DNA of 64,000 nt. Source: Candidatus Puniceispirillales bacterium (GTDB lineage: Bacteria > Pseudomonadota > Alphaproteobacteria > Puniceispirillales > UBA1172). This document shows positions 59,372-64,000 of this stretch, piece by piece; position 1 is the first letter of the stretch, and each line of letters begins with the position of its first letter. The notes beneath the pieces were generated by a model. That model was not told the origin of the DNA, made no database searches, and was given only the letters and a program-made list of their open reading frames with translations. The stretch spans positions 109,667 to 173,666 of the forward strand of contig JBMYKD010000002.1 of NCBI GenBank assembly GCA_049595035.1, given 5' to 3'. Position numbers and translations under genes: made by a program.

Positions 59372-60151
59372 ATGACTGACATGAATAATTCCCCTGCTTC
59401 ATATCTTGAACATGACGGGGAAAAGATTGCCTATCGGGCTGATCTGATCGAAGGCCAACCAACGATTGTTTTCCTTCATGGTCATGGTTCCGACATGGAT
59501 GGAACAAAAGCACTTGTCGTTGCCGAATGGGCAAAACAGCAGAAATTCGGATTTATCCGATTTGATTATTATGGTCATGGCCTGTCCAGTGGCGACATGA
59601 TGAATGGCACAATTAGCCGGTGGAAAGCAGATTGTCTGGCCGTTATTGATCAACTGGTGCCGGGATCATGCTATCTGGTTGGCTCATCACTTGGGGGCTG
59701 GCTAATGCTGCTGGTTGCCATGGCACGGCCAGACCGCGTGTCAGGATTGGTCGGTATTGCCGCCGCGCCTGATTTTACCGAAACCCTGATATGGAATATG
59801 CTAACCCCTGAACAGCAGAAAGATATGGAAAAAACAGGACAACTCAGCGTGCCTAATCCATATGTTGATGGCACCGTGATTTATCCCTATCGTCTGATTG
59901 TTGACGGACGGGATCATTTAATCCTGAACACGCCTATTGCCATTAATTGTCCGGTCAGATTGCTACAAGGGCTGAAAGACGAGGAAGTGCCGTGGCAGAC
60001 GGCAAATCATATTGCTGATGCCATCACCGGTGATAATGTTGATGTTCTTTTTGATGCCGAAGCTAATCATCGGTTTTCTGAACCAGATCAACTGGACACC
60101 CTGCTTGCTACCCTTGCCGAAATTACGCGAAAAACCCATAGCCCAAGATAA
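59372..60151 (+). CDS. alpha/beta-fold hydrolase
   Basis: HGHGS oxyanion region and nucleophile elbow GSSLGG, 259 aa. Confidence 0.75.
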   Translation: MTDMNNSPASYLEHDGEKIAYRADLIEGQPTIVFLHGHGSDMDGTKALVVAEWAKQQKFGFIRFDYYGHGLSSGDMMNGTISRWKADCLAVIDQLVPGSCYLVGSSLGGWLMLLVAMARPDRVSGLVGIAAAPDFTETLIWNMLTPEQQKDMEKTGQLSVPNPYVDGTVIYPYRLIVDGRDHLILNTPIAINCPVRLLQGLKDEEVPWQTANHIADAITGDNVDVLFDAEANHRFSEPDQLDTLLATLAEITRKTHSPR

Positions 60152-60155
60152 TAGG

Positions 60156-60824
60156 CTAAAAATCCAGATTGGTATAATGACTGGGCGGTGTTATTCCGGT
60201 TACCTGATCAGCGAGTAATGCCCGAAATGAAGGACGGGATTTAATCCGTGCATACCATATTTTTAACTCGCCCCAGTCTTCCCAGTTCATATCATTCATG
60301 AAATCAAGGACAGAAAGCGATGCTGCCGCCATCAGATCAGCAACAGACATTTTTGATCCAGCCAGCCATGGACGTCGCTCCACAAGATGATTAAAATAGG
60401 CCAGATGCACCGATAGATTACTAAGAGCGGTTCGAATGACAACAGATGACGGAACACCATCACCTGTCATACGGCGAATTAACCGCTCATTAATGAGGGG
60501 CTGCAAAACCTCACGCTCGAACCGGCAAGATACCCAGTCAAAGAGACGGCGTATTTCCGCCCGTTCTGCCGCACTGCCAGTGATCAAGGTTGTGTCGGGC
60601 ATAATATCATCAAAATATTCCGCTATGGCATAGCCACCACAAAGCACAGTACCATCATCTTCGACCAGAACAGGTACGGTACCGGCGACATTTAGCTTGA
60701 GGAAGGCAGAATCAGATTTCCAGTATTCTTCTAATTTCGGTAAAAATTCCATTTTCTGTTCGGCCAGATATAGCCGGACAAATCGCGACCCCGATGATAG
60801 CATATAGTGATGCAGCACACGCAT
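60156..60824 (-). CDS. glutathione S-transferase family protein
   Basis: 222 aa with ...NVAGTVPVLVEDDGTVLCGGYAIAEYF... in the N-domain and a helical C-domain. Confidence 0.78.
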   Translation of the reverse strand: MRVLHHYMLSSGSRFVRLYLAEQKMEFLPKLEEYWKSDSAFLKLNVAGTVPVLVEDDGTVLCGGYAIAEYFDDIMPDTTLITGSAAERAEIRRLFDWVSCRFEREVLQPLINERLIRRMTGDGVPSSVVIRTALSNLSVHLAYFNHLVERRPWLAGSKMSVADLMAAASLSVLDFMNDMNWEDWGELKIWYARIKSRPSFRALLADQVTGITPPSHYTNLDF

Positions 60825-60826
60825 AA

Positions 60827-61396
60827 TCAGCCCTCACCCCTGAATTGCTGATGAATGGGTAGCTGATGAACGCTTCCCGCATCTACAGAAGGAACAATAG
60901 CCCATGGCTTAACTGGCATCATGTCCGGATTAGCCCGTGATAAAGCCAGCAGATGAAGGCGTTCAGGTTCGATCCACTCTGGAAGAGAGATATCGTCATA
61001 GCTGACCGGTTCAAACCCGAATTTCAAATAATAATTTGGCTCACCTGAAATAAAGCACCATTCCCAGTTTCCTTTATTGGCCAGATGAAGGCTTTCCCGA
61101 ACAAGTGCCACTCCGATCCCCCTGCCACGCACATTCGGGTCAACCGCTAACGGCCCAAGCAGGATGGATGGACGCCCGCCAACCATAATCGGCCAGTACC
61201 GGATAGACCCCAGCAAATGATCCCCTGCATCAGCAACCAGCGACAGATGTTCAACCGGTTGCCCCTGACGCAATTTCCAGATAGCCCGGCCAGCATGTGA
61301 TGGGGCAAAACCAAGCCCCATCAGACGACAGATATCCTGCTCATCATGCGGGGATTGCGGCCTTATCTGATAAGAAAGATCAACCGTAGTCATCAT
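60827..61396 (-). CDS. GNAT-family N-acetyltransferase
   Basis: ...VDPNVRGRGIGVALV... acetyl-CoA pyrophosphate-binding motif. Confidence 0.8.
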   Translation of the reverse strand: MMTTVDLSYQIRPQSPHDEQDICRLMGLGFAPSHAGRAIWKLRQGQPVEHLSLVADAGDHLLGSIRYWPIMVGGRPSILLGPLAVDPNVRGRGIGVALVRESLHLANKGNWEWCFISGEPNYYLKFGFEPVSYDDISLPEWIEPERLHLLALSRANPDMMPVKPWAIVPSVDAGSVHQLPIHQQFRGEG

Positions 61397-61414
61397 CTTT
61401 TGTCTTTATTGCTA

Positions 61415-64000
61415 TTAGGCGATGGCTTCGCCTTCACCCGGCAGACTAACAGGATGTTTCAGACCCGGCAATAGTTCATGCGGTACGATTTGCCAGAAAT
61501 GCTTGACCGCCATATCCCAGTTGTTCAGCATCTGGCTGGCAATAGGGGAACCCGTATGGTCAAAATGGGCACGCACTAATGCCTGTAAATGATCAGACCA
61601 GTAATCGCTGGCAATATGATAAAGCCCGATTGTTTCCGGATTGATCTGGCTTTCCAGTTGTTGATCAGGATCATAGATAAAAGCCATGCCGCCTGTCATG
61701 CCTGCCCCGAAATTGGAACCGACTTTACCCAGGATGACGACTTCACCACCTGTCATATATTCACAACCATTTGTTCCGCATCCTTCAACAACGGCCGTGG
61801 CACCAGAATTACGAACCGCTAACCGCTCACCAGCCTGACCGGAAGCAAAAAGCTGACCTGATGTAGCACCATAAAGCACTGTATTGCCTATAATCGTATG
61901 CTCATGCGGAACCAGCGGTGATGCTGCCATGGGGCGGATACATATCATGCCGCCAGACAGCCCTTTACCAACATAATCATTAGCATCACCATGAACATCA
62001 AGTTTCAATCCCTGCACGGCAAATGCACCAAGAGATTGGCCAGCAGAGCCATGCAGGCGAACCGTTATGGTTTCCTGTTTTAATCCTGTCATACCGAATT
62101 TCTGGGTAATATGGGAAGACAGCCGCGTGCCAATAGCCCGTTGCGTGTTCTTGATATTATAAGAAAGCTGTGTCCGTTGTCCCCGATCCAGCGCATGGCT
62201 GGCATCATCCAGCATCAATGCGTCTAAAGTATCCGGCACTTCGTTTCTGGCCATTGACGGGGCTTTCCGTTTGGCGGTTCCATCTGCACGAACAAGAATA
62301 GGATTCAAATCAAGATCATCCAGGGCGGCATTACCGCGGCTAACCTGACGCAGCATATCGGTTCGGCCAACAATCTCATCAAGACTGGCAACCCCTAATG
62401 AAGCCAGTATTTCACGCACTTCTTCGGCAAGATGCGTGAACAGCTGGACAACCTTTTCAGGCGTACCGGTAAACTTAGCGCGTAAATCATCACGTTGAGT
62501 GCAAACGCCAACCGGACAGGTATTGGAATGACATTGCCGCACCATGATGCATCCCATGGCAATAAGGGATGCCGTACCAATGCCATATTCATCAGCCCCC
62601 AGCATCGCGGCAATGACAATATCGCGCCCTGTTTTAAGGCCGCCATCTGTTCTCAGGATAACTTTGTCACGCAAGCCATTCATGGTAAGCACCTGATGGG
62701 CTTCGGATAAACCCATTTCCCATGGCAAACCAGCATGTTTGATGGATGATTGCGGACTTGCTCCGGTGCCGCCACCATGACCTGAAATAAGAATGGTATC
62801 AGCCTTGGCTTTGGCTACTCCGGCGGCAATAGTACCAATACCGGTTGAAGCTACCAGCTTGACGCATACTCTGGCTTTAGGGTTAATCTGTTTCAGATCA
62901 TAAATCAGCTGTGCCAGATCTTCGATAGAATAGATATCATGATGCGGCGGCGGCGAGATCAGCGTGACCCCCGGCGTGGAATGCCGCAATCTGGCAATAA
63001 GGCTATCGACTTTAATGCCCGGCAATTGTCCGCCTTCACCCGGTTTAGCCCCTTGCGCGACTTTAATTTCCAGTTCCTCACATGAATTGAGATATTCTGC
63101 CGTGACACCAAACCGGCCTGATGCTACCTGCTTAATTGCTGATGATGGATTATCACCATTTTCACGCAAGACAAATCGGGACGGGTCTTCGCCCCCTTCA
63201 CCTGAATCAGATTTTGCACCAATCCTGTTCATCGCAATCGAAAGGGTTTCATGGGCTTCCGGACTCAGGGCGCCAAGTGATATGCCGGGTGATACCAGTT
63301 TTTTACGGATTGAGGTGATGCTTTGCACCTGATCGGTATCAGTAGGATCATATTGCGGAACAAAATCCAGTAAATCCCGCAAATTCACAGGGCCAGATTT
63401 TGATACACCATCACTATATGCTTTCCACGCATCATAACTGCCCGTTTCACATGCCCGTTGCATAGTGTGAATGGTATTAGCATCAAAGGCATGGCTTTCA
63501 CCAGATTTACGGAACCGGAAAAACCCGCCAACAGGTAATACGGCCTGCCGTCCTACCCATGCCTGTTGATGAAGGGATTTGATCTGGCTGAATATTCCCG
63601 TCAGGCCAAGGCCGGAAATACGCGACGTCATAGGTGGAAAATATTGTGAAACCAGTGACCGCGATAGCCCCAGAGATTCAAAATTATACCCGCCACGATA
63701 GGATGCCAGTACCGAAATACCCATCTTGGACATGATCTTAAGCAATCCGTTTTCAATGGCTGACCGGTAATTGGAAATAACCGTATCCAGTGACAGCCCC
63801 TTAAACAACCCGCGATCATGACGATCCCGCAAGCTGGTTTCTGCCAGCCAGGGCGTTACTGTCGTTGCCCCAACCCCGATCAGCACCGCAAAGTGATGAA
63901 CATCAAGGCATTCACCACTCATCAGATTGATTGAAGTAAAGGTGCGTAATTGACGCCGTACCAGATGCGTATGCACCGCGCCTACCGCCAGAATAGATGG
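61415..64000 (-). CDS. gltB: glutamate synthase large subunit, C-terminal about 860 aa (5' end outside the window)
   Basis: FMN/Fe-S domain (...GEGGEDP..., ...ISGHGGGTGASP..., CIMVRQCHSNTCPVG) and a C-terminal GXGXG beta-helix domain. The frame is open to nt 64000. Confidence 0.93.
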   Translation of the reverse strand, partial: PSILAVGAVHTHLVRRQLRTFTSINLMSGECLDVHHFAVLIGVGATTVTPWLAETSLRDRHDRGLFKGLSLDTVISNYRSAIENGLLKIMSKMGISVLASYRGGYNFESLGLSRSLVSQYFPPMTSRISGLGLTGIFSQIKSLHQQAWVGRQAVLPVGGFFRFRKSGESHAFDANTIHTMQRACETGSYDAWKAYSDGVSKSGPVNLRDLLDFVPQYDPTDTDQVQSITSIRKKLVSPGISLGALSPEAHETLSIAMNRIGAKSDSGEGGEDPSRFVLRENGDNPSSAIKQVASGRFGVTAEYLNSCEELEIKVAQGAKPGEGGQLPGIKVDSLIARLRHSTPGVTLISPPPHHDIYSIEDLAQLIYDLKQINPKARVCVKLVASTGIGTIAAGVAKAKADTILISGHGGGTGASPQSSIKHAGLPWEMGLSEAHQVLTMNGLRDKVILRTDGGLKTGRDIVIAAMLGADEYGIGTASLIAMGCIMVRQCHSNTCPVGVCTQRDDLRAKFTGTPEKVVQLFTHLAEEVREILASLGVASLDEIVGRTDMLRQVSRGNAALDDLDLNPILVRADGTAKRKAPSMARNEVPDTLDALMLDDASHALDRGQRTQLSYNIKNTQRAIGTRLSSHITQKFGMTGLKQETITVRLHGSAGQSLGAFAVQGLKLDVHGDANDYVGKGLSGGMICIRPMAASPLVPHEHTIIGNTVLYGATSGQLFASGQAGERLAVRNSGATAVVEGCGTNGCEYMTGGEVVILGKVGSNFGAGMTGGMAFIYDPDQQLESQINPETIGLYHIASDYWSDHLQALVRAHFDHTGSPIASQMLNNWDMAVKHFWQIVPHELLPGLKHPVSLPGEGEAIA

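Noticed and set aside
1-64000. CRISPR arrays, IS elements or transposases, prophage or integrase genes, toxin-antitoxin pairs, restriction-modification or other recognisable defence systems, and rRNA genes.
   Set aside because: I saw no regularly spaced direct repeats, and none of the ORFs of at least 60 aa has transposase, integrase, nuclease-helicase or methyltransferase (DNA) signatures. The only P-loop orphan (23269-25023) sits in a transporter operon without a partner gene.

Overview
This is a compact bacterial chromosome segment with moderate GC by eye and many 1-4 nt gene overlaps. The conserved gene strings (purB'-purC-purS-purQ-purL-bolA-grxD and thrS-infC-rpmI-rplT-pheS-pheT) and the protein sequences look alphaproteobacterial, possibly a streamlined marine lineage. 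I cannot verify the organism. About two thirds of the window is housekeeping: purine synthesis, aminoacyl-tRNA synthetases, NAD synthesis, DAHP synthase, ribosomal proteins, lepA, leuA, gltB and one tRNA-Ser(GGA). I saw no rRNA, CRISPR array, integrase, transposase or phage genes. The interesting part is a roughly 22 kb accessory block (about 23.3-45.4 kb) that reads as an oxalate/formyl-CoA/formate (C2 to C1) module. One apparent operon carries a GntR/FadR regulator reading in frame into oxc, then frc, an ALDH1L1-N-domain-like formyltransferase, fhs and a tandem USP. Next comes tctCBA plus an unknown 584-aa P-loop protein. Divergent from the oxc operon are sucCD, then a ketopantoate-reductase-like gene, a PrpR/RamB-type (XRE + Cys-rich C-terminus) regulator, and a two-subunit NAD-linked formate dehydrogenase (fused NuoE/NuoF-like beta subunit plus alpha subunit). 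The strongest leads are: (i) the stand-alone formyltransferase, a candidate formyl-CoA:THF formyltransferase; (ii) the regulator-Oxc read-through, which hinges on an A6/T6 homopolymer; (iii) the P-loop protein at the end of the TTT operon; and (iv) a shared palindromic operator-like motif upstream of tctC and of the KPR-like gene. All functional calls come from by-eye motif and homology recognition. No database search was run.
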